DNA of 64,000 bases, from assembly GCA_965215005.1 (NCBI GenBank), contig CBDCCZ010000018.1:224001-288000 (forward strand), in the 5' to 3' direction. Under the pieces are notes generated by a model that was given only the letters and a program-made list of their open reading frames with translations, was not told the origin of the DNA and made no database searches. Shown here piece after piece: positions 8,912 through 18,939 of this stretch (positions within the stretch are counted from its first letter, which is position 1; every line of letters starts with the position of its first letter). A program made the position numbers and the translations under genes. The DNA is from Kofleriaceae bacterium (lineage in GTDB: Bacteria; Myxococcota_A; Polyangia; Haliangiales; Haliangiaceae).

Positions 8912-10573
8912 CGGCGGCGCATCGGTCGAAGCCGCGGCAGCGGCGGCGCATCGAGCCGACTCTGGCGGCACCAGCGGCGACCGCGCGAGCTCGTCGCGAC
9001 AACGCAATCGCCATTGGCGCGCCGGACCGTAGGTAGCCTCGATCGCGAGCGAGGCCTCGAATTGCTCGAGCGCTTCGTGCACCTGCCCGAGCTTGTAGTG
9101 GCAGAGGCCCATGTTGAAGTAGGTCACCTCATGCGGCCCGGTCGCAGCAAGCGAGTGCTCATATAAATGAAGCGCTTCGCTGTGACGCCCAATGCCGTAG
9201 AGCAGCACCGCAAGCTCGAACGGCAGGTCCTCGCCATCGTCGGCTTGGTAGTGCAGTTTCCAGACCTCGGCCAACGCATCTCGGAGGCGATGTTGCTGCT
9301 CTTCCGTGGCCTCAGCGAGGACCTCTTGCAGTCGCGGCGCCATCGCCAAGAGCGTCTGCGGATCCCAGCGGGCGATGCGAAGCAGCGCCAAGAGCTGCGC
9401 AAGCGGCGTGTTCTCCGCGAGGTCGCCGCAGCTGAGCTCGAACACCTCGAGAGGGCCGACCTCATCCATGAGCTCCCCGAAGCCGGCACGCGCGCGCGGC
9501 ACCAGGGCCGCTGGCAAGGTGGACAGAGCCACCAACTCCAACGCGGCGTCGCGGCCCGCCGTGCGCTGCCAAAACCCGCCGCGCCCGGTCACGAATCGGC
9601 CTAGCGCGTCGAAGTTGACCATCATCGAGACGCTGCCGTGGCTCACGATCTCCGGCTCCGACTGCTCCGAGAGCTGGTGCAAGCCGGTGTAGCCTTTGTC
9701 GGCGGCAAGAACGAACAACCGGCCGTTGGCGATGCCATCGAGACGACTTAGGCAACGAAGCGCGCCGAGCGGAAACGGCACGGCGGTGTTGCCGAGCGAT
9801 CCGATATAGGCGGCGAGGATCGCGTCGAGCTCAGCGTCATCGTAGGGCGCCTGCGAACACGGTCGCCAGACGTAACGCACTCGCAGGTGATCGAGCGAGT
9901 CATCACCGCTCACGCGTTTGGGGTCGGAAAGAAGCTCGGCGAGCCCCTCTTCTAGACACCCGCGGCGCACCCGAAATACGTCGTGGACGATGCTATCGAA
10001 GACGTAGTTGGCGATCACCACCATCGGCGTGGTCTGGCTTCCCGGTTCCAGACACTGCCCCGAGATCGCCAGCTCGAGACGAGTGTCGCGCTCGGCGTCG
10101 AACTGAGCAACATCGAGCAGGCCCTCGCGCACCAGCGGCGCTAACTGCGGATGAGAACGCCAGTGCTCGAGGTTCGTGGCAGTGAAGTCGGTGACCACGT
10201 ATTGCACCGGCGGCAGCGGCATCGGCGCCCTCGCCCGCCGCTCTTGCAGCTTGCGCAGAAAGAGGAACGCAAAGTAGCCGCTGCCGCCGCCGAGCTCGAC
10301 GATGGGAATCGGCGTGTCATCCACGAGCTCCTCGATCACGAGATCTTCCAAGAGCCGGCACACCACGGAGGCGTAGGCCTCGGCCATGAACGCGTTTGAC
10401 GTGGCGTGGGTGGGAACCAGCCGCTCACTCCACGCTCGCGCCCCCCGCTGGTCATAGAACCGGCGCTGCAAGCTCCAAAGCCGCGAGCGCGATAGCCGTC
10501 TGGCAGCCTCGATCAGAACCTCATCCTGGGGCGGGGAATCGTCGGGATCGGCCACGAGGGCGGAGGCTAGCAT
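8891..10573 (-). CDS. Class I SAM-dependent methyltransferase-like domain (MidA/NDUFAF7-like) with C-terminal TPR repeats
   Basis: IVELGGGSG motif I, VVTDF, VIANYVFDSI; TPR-like helices (ALHLYEHSL, YFNMGLCHYKLG...ALEQFEASL). Confidence 0.75.
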   Translation of the reverse strand: MLASALVADPDDSPPQDEVLIEAARRLSRSRLWSLQRRFYDQRGARAWSERLVPTHATSNAFMAEAYASVVCRLLEDLVIEELVDDTPIPIVELGGGSGYFAFLFLRKLQERRARAPMPLPPVQYVVTDFTATNLEHWRSHPQLAPLVREGLLDVAQFDAERDTRLELAISGQCLEPGSQTTPMVVIANYVFDSIVHDVFRVRRGCLEEGLAELLSDPKRVSGDDSLDHLRVRYVWRPCSQAPYDDAELDAILAAYIGSLGNTAVPFPLGALRCLSRLDGIANGRLFVLAADKGYTGLHQLSEQSEPEIVSHGSVSMMVNFDALGRFVTGRGGFWQRTAGRDAALELVALSTLPAALVPRARAGFGELMDEVGPLEVFELSCGDLAENTPLAQLLALLRIARWDPQTLLAMAPRLQEVLAEATEEQQHRLRDALAEVWKLHYQADDGEDLPFELAVLLYGIGRHSEALHLYEHSLAATGPHEVTYFNMGLCHYKLGQVHEALEQFEASLAIEATYGPARQWRLRCRDELARSPLVPPESARCAAAAAASTDAPPSADPPR

Positions 10574-10688
10574 GGCCGACGCAACGGAGTGGGTGCCGGC
10601 GGCTGGTGTAGGCGCAGCAGTGAAGATCGCAAGCGCCTCACGAAGGCAGTTAGGATTTGCTTCAAAGTGGCCGATGGCAGGAATCGCT

Positions 10689-11549
10689 ATGTCGCACCGC
10701 CACCCGTTTCCCGCCGCCAGCGCCTCCAATCAGAACCACGGGGAGCCGCGGCAAGGACGCCGGGCGGGCGACTGGTTGGCTACCTGCCGCGCCCTGGCCA
10801 GCGGCGGAGATCCGGTGGCGCGCCTGCGAGCGCGCGGCGCGGAGCACGGCGCGGGCGACCTCGCCAGTGCCATCGCCCGGCTGCTGCCCGAGATTGAAAT
10901 TCGCGAGGAAACGCTGCGCGGGCCGCATCAGGGCCGCATCACCTTCTTCATCGCCGGGCCGATCATCAGCCTGGCGCCGGGACTCGAGGCGCATCAGCGC
11001 GAGCGCGTGCTCGCCCGCGCGCTGCGACACATCGCTCGCGCGGCGGCGGTCGAGCTTGCCGGCATCGACACCGGCGAGACCACGGTGTGCCTTTGGCCCG
11101 AGCGTGGCCAACGGTTCTTAGACGATGCCCTTCCCGCCGGCAAGAGCCCCAACGCACGGCTGGCGCAGAGCCTGTGGCGACGCGTGGTGCTCGATTTCGA
11201 CGAGCCGAGCCTGGGCTCGGAGATCACCATGAGTCTTGACGATCTCACCGACAACGAAGCCACCTGGGCCGGGCACGCTGCGCTGCGCGACGCAACCACC
11301 GTGGAAGCGGTGTGTGCGGAGGCGCTCGAGCGCGTGGTTTGGTGCAAGTGGCTGCGCTGGAAGGAGCATCGCACCGAGCTGTTTGCGCGACTCGAGGGCA
11401 TGACGCTGCTCTCGTGGTCCGAGCTGCCGGCGCACCTGCAACGCTGGCTCGAGGTCGGTGCGGAGTTTCGTGGAGTCGCGACCGAGGAATTGTTTGCGGC
11501 GTTTGCGGCGGCGAGCTGCGAAGCAGCGCCACGCCCTTTCAATCAGTAG
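10689..11549 (+). CDS. Hypothetical protein
   Basis: Long ORF occupying the space between the divergent and convergent neighbours; no motif recognised; start uncertain. Confidence 0.6.
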   Translation: MSHRHPFPAASASNQNHGEPRQGRRAGDWLATCRALASGGDPVARLRARGAEHGAGDLASAIARLLPEIEIREETLRGPHQGRITFFIAGPIISLAPGLEAHQRERVLARALRHIARAAAVELAGIDTGETTVCLWPERGQRFLDDALPAGKSPNARLAQSLWRRVVLDFDEPSLGSEITMSLDDLTDNEATWAGHAALRDATTVEAVCAEALERVVWCKWLRWKEHRTELFARLEGMTLLSWSELPAHLQRWLEVGAEFRGVATEELFAAFAAASCEAAPRPFNQ

Positions 11550-11573
11550 AGCGGCGAGCGTCACGCGACGCGG

Positions 11574-13310
11574 TTACATCGACATGGAGCCTTTGCGAAA
11601 CTCGCTGGCGCCGATGTGCACGTTGATGACCACCGGCTTGCCGCCGGCAGCGAGCTCCTTGGCTCGATCGATGGTTTCGTCGATCTTGCTCGGGTCATCG
11701 AGCAGCAGACCCACGCCGCCGTAGCCTTCGGCCACCGTTTGATAGGGGCAGCGCTCGAGCACCGTGCCAACGTCGTCGCCGAGGATCTCCACTTGCTCGC
11801 GGGCGATCTGCGCCCACGCGCCGTCACTGCCAATCACGGCAATTGGCGTAAGACCGTGACGAACGCAGGTGTCGAACTCGGCGAGGCTGTAGGCGCACGA
11901 GCCATCTCCATAGATGAGCCACAGCTCGGCGGCGGGACGGACCGTCGCGGCGCCCACCGCGAACCCGCCACCCACGCCCAAGGTGCCAAACACGCCGGGA
12001 TCGAGCCAAGAAAGCGGCGAGCGCGGCTTGAGGATGTAAGCGGCAGTTGCCACGAAGTCGCCACCGTCGACGATGAGCACCGCGTCGTCTGCCATCTTCT
12101 CCTCGAGACGCAGAAAGAACGCCAGCGGGTTGACGAGCTCACCCGGCTCACGAGATTGCCGCTCGATTTCCGCGTCGCGCTCGCGCTCGCGCTCGCTTAG
12201 GAGCTCGCGCCAGGTGGGCCAAGGCCCAAACGAGCCGGCGGCGGCAAGCTCCTCGAGAAGCGCTCCCGGGTGCATCTGCAGAGCGATGTCGGGACGGCGG
12301 TTCTTGCGCAGGTCGGTCGCGTCGAGATTGGCGGCAATGAGCGTTGCTCTGCTGCTGATGCTGCGGCCATAGCCGAGGCGAAAGTCGAACGGAAAACCGG
12401 CCACGACCACCACATCGGCTTCCTTGAGCGCTTTAGAGCGCTTGTGGCGAAACTGAATGGCCGAGTCGCGCCCCAGCAAGCCGCGGGCGGTGCCACCGAG
12501 AAACGTCGGAATGCCGAGCTTCTCCACGGCACGCGCCAGCGGCCGAGCGTCGCGAACGTTGACCAGCGCCTGGCTGCCGATGACCAAGGCCGGCTTCTCG
12601 GCGTGGGCAAGTCGATCGACCACGTCATCGAGGCTGGCGCTCGAGCTCAGGCGCGGCAGCTTGACCTGCGGCAGCGGCAGGCTCAGGTGCGGCGCGTGGA
12701 ACTGCTTGAACAAGTGGCCCCGCAGATACAGCTGCAGCGCTTTGGCACCCATTCCCACCGGGTCCTCCACCCCGCTCTCCTTCATATACCAGTCGCGAAC
12801 GACCTCCTCGGGGTATAGGAGATCGACAGGCACCTCGATGAATACCGGCCCCGGAACGCCTTCCACGGCGATATCGAACGCTTTCTCCACCGTCGGCCCC
12901 AATGCCGCAAGATGTTTCACCGTCGTGCACCACTTGGTGATCGGCGCCATCAGCGAGAGCTGATCGATGTCCTGCAGGGAGCCGCGCCCCTTGAGAATGG
13001 TGGCCGTCGCACCCCCAAAGATGAGCACCGGCGACTGCGCCATCTGCGCGTTCTTCACCGCCGTCACCGTGTTGGTCACCCCGGGCCCCGCGGTCACCGC
13101 AGCCACGCCCGCAACGCCGGTCATCCGCGCCACTGCATCGGCCGCAAACACCGCGTTCTTCTCATCGCGCATATCCACGACGCGGATCCCGCGCGCCTTC
13201 GCCCCCACCAATATCGGCGAGATATGCCCACCGCACAGCGTAAACAGCGATTGCACTCCACGCCGAGCCAGAACCTCAGCGATGATCGAGCCCCCATCAG
13301 ACTGCGCCAT
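11574..13310 (-). CDS. Thiamine pyrophosphate-binding protein (acetolactate synthase/ILVBL-like)
   Basis: [43 protein letters not shown] motif. Confidence 0.9.
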   Translation of the reverse strand: MAQSDGGSIIAEVLARRGVQSLFTLCGGHISPILVGAKARGIRVVDMRDEKNAVFAADAVARMTGVAGVAAVTAGPGVTNTVTAVKNAQMAQSPVLIFGGATATILKGRGSLQDIDQLSLMAPITKWCTTVKHLAALGPTVEKAFDIAVEGVPGPVFIEVPVDLLYPEEVVRDWYMKESGVEDPVGMGAKALQLYLRGHLFKQFHAPHLSLPLPQVKLPRLSSSASLDDVVDRLAHAEKPALVIGSQALVNVRDARPLARAVEKLGIPTFLGGTARGLLGRDSAIQFRHKRSKALKEADVVVVAGFPFDFRLGYGRSISSRATLIAANLDATDLRKNRRPDIALQMHPGALLEELAAAGSFGPWPTWRELLSERERERDAEIERQSREPGELVNPLAFFLRLEEKMADDAVLIVDGGDFVATAAYILKPRSPLSWLDPGVFGTLGVGGGFAVGAATVRPAAELWLIYGDGSCAYSLAEFDTCVRHGLTPIAVIGSDGAWAQIAREQVEILGDDVGTVLERCPYQTVAEGYGGVGLLLDDPSKIDETIDRAKELAAGGKPVVINVHIGASEFRKGSMSM

Positions 13311-13576
13311 GCCGCGACCATCGCACACCCGCGCCCGCCGACAAAGCGCGGCTCACCGCCGAGACTGACTCAACCTACTCTTCGAGCAGCGCGCGCGTTC
13401 ACCCACGGCTATGGCCTCCTCGACGAGCGCAGCGTCCACCAGCGGATCGCGTTCTACGAGCTCCTCCGCCAGCTTCGCTTGGCGCGCGGCAAGGTCTTGA
13501 TACACGACCAGCCGCAGGCGTTCGTGAGCGATATGGCGCGTCTCCATCAGCTGCTCGAAGCGTATGTCAGGAACTT

Positions 13577-14275
13577 CTAACGCGCGTTTAGGAGGTTGTT
13601 TGCGGCGGCGACGGCGTCGGGTGGGATCTCATGGCCGCCGGTGAACGGCACCCAATCGACGCCGAGACCCGCGCCACGGAGTCGATCGCGCAGCAATTCG
13701 GCGGCGCTGAAGGAGAGCAGCGGGTCCTGTCGACCGTGGCTCTGCACGACGGCTAAGCCAGCGCGCGCGGCCATGCGGGGCACCCACGTCGACTGCGATA
13801 TCAGCGCGCCGCTCCACAGGATGAGCCCGGAAAGCCGTCGCTCCGTGTGGAGCGCAACGTCACAGGCAAGGACGGCGCCCTGCGAGAATCCGCCTAGAAA
13901 CAGGCGCTCGGGCGCATTGAGCGCGTCGAGAAGCTTGCAGACGCTCAAGCGCGCGCTCTCGAGCCCTTCAGGATGTTCATCCTGCAAATCGCGCGGCGTG
14001 CCGGTCATGAGCGCGCGCTCGAGCATCGCCTGCTCAATCCTCCACCAGGCCCGCGCTGACGCCGGAGCGAAGGGGATAGAAATGGCCATTGGCGCTTCTG
14101 GGAAGGCGAATCGGGTTCCCTCTGGCCCCCGAAGCACCTGCGCCAGCGAAACCAAATCGTCGCCGGGCGCGCCAAAGCCGTGCAATAGAACCACGAGCGG
14201 TCCATTGCCGCCGCCTTGGCCGTCATCACCGCCGAGCAGCCGCACACGCAGGTCGGCAATCACTGTCTCTTGCAT
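13577..14275 (-). CDS. Phospholipase/carboxylesterase (alpha/beta hydrolase)
   Basis: LLHGFGAPGDD, GGFSQG nucleophile, HGRQDP, GGH catalytic His. Confidence 0.9.
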   Translation of the reverse strand: MQETVIADLRVRLLGGDDGQGGGNGPLVVLLHGFGAPGDDLVSLAQVLRGPEGTRFAFPEAPMAISIPFAPASARAWWRIEQAMLERALMTGTPRDLQDEHPEGLESARLSVCKLLDALNAPERLFLGGFSQGAVLACDVALHTERRLSGLILWSGALISQSTWVPRMAARAGLAVVQSHGRQDPLLSFSAAELLRDRLRGAGLGVDWVPFTGGHEIPPDAVAAANNLLNAR

Positions 14276-14432
14276 CGCTAGCTCTTCCTCCTGTGCCGGC
14301 TCGAGTGTCCTGTCGACGTCGAGCCCCAGGGGATCTTATCAGCTTCGCCCTCTGCACCACCCCTTCGCACCCCACCCCGCTAGCGACGAGCCGGAGAGCC
14401 GCTGGCACGAGCGGCTACGTTAGAATGCAGCG

Positions 14433-15770
14433 ATGAGCGCGAGCGAGTCAGGTATTTGGGTAACACGTGACGGAGGGCAGCCGCGTGTCGTCCTGCGCGC
14501 TGTGCGCATCGAAATCGTCAATGGACCGGGCTCGGGCACCTCGATGACGTTTCAGCAGCCACGCATTCGAGTGGGCGCGCTGCCGGAGAATGACATCGTG
14601 CTCGAGGATCCTCGCGCCTCCGGCGTGCACTTCGAAGTGATGCTCACCGAGACCGGGCTGCGCGTGCGCGATCTCAACTCGACCAATGGCACCGTGGTCG
14701 AAGGGGTTCGTATCGTCGATGGCTACGTTCAGCCGCTACAGCGGATCACCGCCGGACGAACGCAGCTGATGATCGTGCCGACCGGCGCAAGCCACGAGCT
14801 GCCACTCGCCACAGGCGCTGAGTTCGCCGACATCGTCGGTAGCAGCATCGCGATGCAGCGCGTGTTCGGAATGCTCGGCCCGGTGGCGCCAACCGATGCG
14901 ACGGTGCTGCTAACCGGCGAGACGGGCACTGGCAAAGAGGTCGTCGCAGAAGCGATCCACGGCGCCTCGCCGCGAGCCAATGGACCGTTTGTGGTCGTCG
15001 ATTGCGGCGCCATCCCCGCGACGCTGTTCGAAAACGAGCTCTTCGGCCACAAACGCGGCGCGTTCACTGGCGCCGACAGCGACGCTCCTGGGGCTTTCGA
15101 GCGCGCTCACGGTGGCACTCTCATGCTCGACGAAATCGGCGAGCTGCCACTCGACCTTCAGCCCAAGCTGCTTCGCGTCGTGCAGTCGCGGACGGTGCAG
15201 CGCGTCGGCGGGAGCAAGCGCGTGCCGTGTGACGTGCGCATCATCGCCGCGACCAACCGCGATCTACTGCGCGAAATCAATGGCGGCGGGTTTCGCGCCG
15301 ATCTCTACTATCGGCTCGCGGTCGCCCACATCGAGCTGCCACCGCTGCGTGAGCGCGATGGCGACATCGCGCTGCTCGCCCACTACTTTGCCAACGCCAT
15401 CACCGAGGATCCTGGGAGACAACTTCCAGCGGAGCTGATCGAGCAGTTCGAGCGGTACTCGTGGCCCGGCAATATTCGCGAGCTTCGCAACGCGGTCGAG
15501 CGCGCTCTCCTGCTTCCGCACCTGCCCCCTAAGCTCGGCCACGGCGTCTCGGCCGCGCCCGACGGCCCCGGATTTTGGGTTCCGGTCGACACCGCTATCG
15601 GATTCAAAGAAGCGAAACAACAACTCATCGATGAGTTCGACCGGCAGTACGTCACGCAGCTGCTTGATGAGAATCAGCGGAACGTTGCCCGTGCCGCGCG
15701 TGCCGCCGGAATCGACCGCGCGTCATTGCACAAGATCATGGCCCGCGTTGGCATCCAGCGGCCCCAATGA
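14433..15770 (+). CDS. FHA-domain sigma54-dependent transcriptional activator (bEBP)
   Basis: FHA ([12 protein letters not shown]), GETGTGKE Walker [22 protein letters not shown]-terminal Fis-type HTH. Confidence 0.95.
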   Translation: MSASESGIWVTRDGGQPRVVLRAVRIEIVNGPGSGTSMTFQQPRIRVGALPENDIVLEDPRASGVHFEVMLTETGLRVRDLNSTNGTVVEGVRIVDGYVQPLQRITAGRTQLMIVPTGASHELPLATGAEFADIVGSSIAMQRVFGMLGPVAPTDATVLLTGETGTGKEVVAEAIHGASPRANGPFVVVDCGAIPATLFENELFGHKRGAFTGADSDAPGAFERAHGGTLMLDEIGELPLDLQPKLLRVVQSRTVQRVGGSKRVPCDVRIIAATNRDLLREINGGGFRADLYYRLAVAHIELPPLRERDGDIALLAHYFANAITEDPGRQLPAELIEQFERYSWPGNIRELRNAVERALLLPHLPPKLGHGVSAAPDGPGFWVPVDTAIGFKEAKQQLIDEFDRQYVTQLLDENQRNVARAARAAGIDRASLHKIMARVGIQRPQ

Positions 15771-16679
15771 TCCTGCTGCATCCAGCTCCTGCGCCGGCGG
15801 CTGAACCTCAACCACGGTTCCCACAGGGGGAAGCTCAGTCGTCGCCGCGTTGCCAATCTGCGCTTGCACGAAGATCAGCTGCGAAGCGGAATCGACCACC
15901 GCGGCCACCGAGGTGATCGAAGCCTGCCAAGACGTCGCGCCAAGATGGGCCGTTACCGGGGCGCCAACGACAAACGCGGGCGCCCGCTCTGGCCGCACGG
16001 CGAAGCGCAAATCGCGCTCCTGGGACATCAGCTCGACGATGGGCTGCTCGGCCGCAACGGTTGCGCCAGCATCGAAGCGCCGTGCCGCGACATGTCCGGC
16101 CAACGGCGCGCGTAAGGTTGCGCGCTCACGCAGCTGCGCGAGCTGATCGCGAACCGTGCGGTGACGCTCGATTCCCGCGAGGCTTCGCTCGAGCTCCGCC
16201 TGCCCTTGCGCCCGCGCCGACCGCGCATCGCGCAGCTGATTGCTCGCCGCCGCCTGCGCGCGCACCAGCTTCTCGACCGCCCTCACCTCTTGACGTGCCG
16301 TGCGCAACGCGACCCGAGCTTGGGCGGCAATTGCTTGCGCCTCACGCAATGCGCTATCGGCCGCTTCGAGCTCAGCATCGAGCTCTTCGGTCTGCAGGGT
16401 CGCCAATACCGCTCCCTCGGCGACGAAATCACCGACCTCGACGCGCATTTCTTCGACCCGTGCTGGCACCGGCAACGAGACGGCTACCTGGCGTCGCGCC
16501 ACGATGACGCCGATGAATCGCTCCACGCCCCTGCGCGCCGTCGTGGCCACAGGTCGCATCTGCCGCGTCGTAGGTGCCTCGAGCGGAGTGGCCTCACACC
16601 CGGCGATCATCGCGCAGCCGAGCAGTATCGGCAGGTGCCGCGCCACGCCATACCACGGTGAGTCGATGATCCTCTTCAT
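15723..16679 (-). CDS. Periplasmic adaptor (membrane fusion protein), lipoprotein
   Basis: GGAAGGA RBS, lipobox IAGC, lipoyl half motifs [13 protein letters not shown] and LRAPLAGHV around a coiled coil. Confidence 0.85.
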   Translation of the reverse strand: MKRIIDSPWYGVARHLPILLGCAMIAGCEATPLEAPTTRQMRPVATTARRGVERFIGVIVARRQVAVSLPVPARVEEMRVEVGDFVAEGAVLATLQTEELDAELEAADSALREAQAIAAQARVALRTARQEVRAVEKLVRAQAAASNQLRDARSARAQGQAELERSLAGIERHRTVRDQLAQLRERATLRAPLAGHVAARRFDAGATVAAEQPIVELMSQERDLRFAVRPERAPAFVVGAPVTAHLGATSWQASITSVAAVVDSASQLIFVQAQIGNAATTELPPVGTVVEVQPPAQELDAAGSLGPLDANAGHDLVQ

Positions 16680-18939
16680 TGGCTTCCTTCCAGTCATGCT
16701 CGGGCGCCGTCGGACGAGACCGTCCAGGAGGTGCAGGGTTTTTGCGAGAAGCGCCGAGCTGCGCGCGCACGAGTCGGGCGTAGCGTCCTCCCGCGGCCAG
16801 CAGCTCATCGTGGGTGCCTCGCTCGACGATGCGACCGCGATGCACCACCACGATGAGGTCCGCATCGACCACCGTGCTGAGGCGGTGGGCGATCTGGATG
16901 CGGGTCATGCGGAGCCGCTTGAGCTGACGCACCACGCGCGCCTCCGTCTCCGCATCGAGCGCGCTCGTGGCTTCGTCGAGCAGCAGCGCCACGGGGCGAG
17001 CGAGCAGTGCCCGCGCCAGCGCCAGTCGTTGCCGCTGACCGCCCGATAGCGACTGCCCGCGATCAGCGAGCGGAGTCTCGTAGCCCATCGGCAACTTGGC
17101 GATGTCATCGTGAATGCAGGCGGCCTTGGCCGCCGCAACGACGCGATCGAGGTCCGCATTCGGATCGGCCAGCGCGATGTTGTCGCGAATCGAGGTATCG
17201 AAGAAGTAGGGGTCTTGCGGCACCGTCCCCAGCTGCGCCCGAACCGCACGAAGATCGAGGCGTTCGAGCGGGTGCTCATCGAGCAAGATGCGTCCCGCGG
17301 TTGGCGCGTACAAGCCGAGTAGCAGCGCCGCAAGGGTTGATTTGCCCGATCCAGACTCACCGACGATGGCGACGTTGGTGCCCGCGGGAATCTGCAGCGA
17401 CGTGTCGCGGATGACGTCGGGACCGGCATCGCGATAGCGAAATGAAACCTGGTCGAGCTCGATTGCCCCCGTGAGCCGCGTGATCTTTCCCGGCTCCGAC
17501 TGTTCGGGCTCCACATCGAGAACGTCCTTGAGTCGGTCGAGGTGACCTCGTACCTGTTGCAGGGACAGCGCGCTCGCCACCAAGTTTCCAAGTGGCTCGA
17601 GGAACGAGCCGGCGAGCGCGTTGACCGCCAGCATGGTGCCAAGCGACAGCTCGCCGTGGACCACGCGCACCGCGCCGACGCTGAGGATTGCCAGCGGCGC
17701 GGCCGTGCGGAGGGCGCCGAGCAGCGCATCTACCGTGGCGCGCGACCGGCTCATGTCCAACCCGGCGTTGAGCATGTCAGCCAAATCATGGCTCCAACGC
17801 TCCACCGCCCGCTGCTCGGCTCCTGCTAGCTTCAGGGTGCCGATTGCCGACAGCGCTTGCACCAAGTACGACTGCGAGCGTGCGTTGGCATCGACCACAC
17901 TCGCCTCGAGATCCTCAAAGCGGCGCCGCGTCACGAGAAGGATCACGAGCTGCAGGATTCCAAATCCCGCCACCAGCGCGGCCACGATGGCGTCTGCAAT
18001 CAAGATGATGATCAGATAGAAGACGACGAGCCCGCCGTCGATGAGCGCCGACAACGTCTGCGACGTGAGTAGCTCGCGGATGGTTTGATTGCTGGCGATG
18101 CGCGACAGCAAATCTCCGGTCGAGCGGCGCTGAAAAAAACTATACGGCAAGCTCACCAGATGGCCGACGAAGCCGAGCGTCATCCGGGTATCCAAGTCGG
18201 TGCGCATTTGCAGCAGCAGATGCGCGCGGACCAGCGACGAGAGCATCTTGAACACGACCAGCGTTGCGAGGCCGAGGCCGATCAGGGTGAGCATGTCGAG
18301 ATCGCCCTGGGGAACCACGCGGTCGACGATCAAGCCGGTGAGCAGCGGGACGGCGAGCGCGAACACCTGCAGCAGTGCTGACATCGCAAGGATTCGCCCG
18401 AGTCGCGCGTTCATCTGTCGCAAGAACGCGCGCACCAGGCCGCCGCTCGGCAGCCGGCGCACGAAGGTGTCACCCGGCGCTAGCTCCAGAGCGATTCCGG
18501 TGAATGAACGCGACACCGCCTCGCGGCTCAGCGCGCGCCGCCCGCGCGCCGGATCCACGACGTGCACAAGGCCCCGAGCCACCCGCTCGAGCACCACGAA
18601 GTGATTGAATTCCCAGTGCAGGATGGTGCCCGCCGGCGCATGTTCGAGCTCGTCGAGCTCGAGCGACACGCCGCGTCCGCGCAAGCCGAATCGCTCACCG
18701 GCGGCAACGATGCCGCTGGCGCTGGTGCCCGCGTCGCTGGTCCCCGCCGCAACCCGCACCTCCCCCAGCGGTACGTGGCAGCCGTGATGCGCCAGCACCA
18801 TTGCCAGACACGCGGCGCCGCAGTCGGCAGCCTCCATCTGCCGCACAATCGGAATCCGCCGCCGGCGCGGCACGAGCTTGGTGAGAGCGGGAAATCGCTT
18901 CGTATCGACAGGCGCCAAGGCAGGCGGCGAATTGGCCAT
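16594..18939 (-). CDS. Peptidase C39-containing ABC transporter (PCAT, bacteriocin/RiPP exporter)
   Basis: QMEAADCGAACLAM (catalytic Cys), HWEFNHFVV (His), VVDP (Asp), TM domain, GESGSGKS, LSGGQ, LLLDEATS, IAHRL. Confidence 0.95.
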   Translation of the reverse strand: MANSPPALAPVDTKRFPALTKLVPRRRRIPIVRQMEAADCGAACLAMVLAHHGCHVPLGEVRVAAGTSDAGTSASGIVAAGERFGLRGRGVSLELDELEHAPAGTILHWEFNHFVVLERVARGLVHVVDPARGRRALSREAVSRSFTGIALELAPGDTFVRRLPSGGLVRAFLRQMNARLGRILAMSALLQVFALAVPLLTGLIVDRVVPQGDLDMLTLIGLGLATLVVFKMLSSLVRAHLLLQMRTDLDTRMTLGFVGHLVSLPYSFFQRRSTGDLLSRIASNQTIRELLTSQTLSALIDGGLVVFYLIIILIADAIVAALVAGFGILQLVILLVTRRRFEDLEASVVDANARSQSYLVQALSAIGTLKLAGAEQRAVERWSHDLADMLNAGLDMSRSRATVDALLGALRTAAPLAILSVGAVRVVHGELSLGTMLAVNALAGSFLEPLGNLVASALSLQQVRGHLDRLKDVLDVEPEQSEPGKITRLTGAIELDQVSFRYRDAGPDVIRDTSLQIPAGTNVAIVGESGSGKSTLAALLLGLYAPTAGRILLDEHPLERLDLRAVRAQLGTVPQDPYFFDTSIRDNIALADPNADLDRVVAAAKAACIHDDIAKLPMGYETPLADRGQSLSGGQRQRLALARALLARPVALLLDEATSALDAETEARVVRQLKRLRMTRIQIAHRLSTVVDADLIVVVHRGRIVERGTHDELLAAGGRYARLVRAQLGASRKNPAPPGRSRPTAPEHDWKEANEEDHRLTVVWRGAAPADTARLRDDRRV

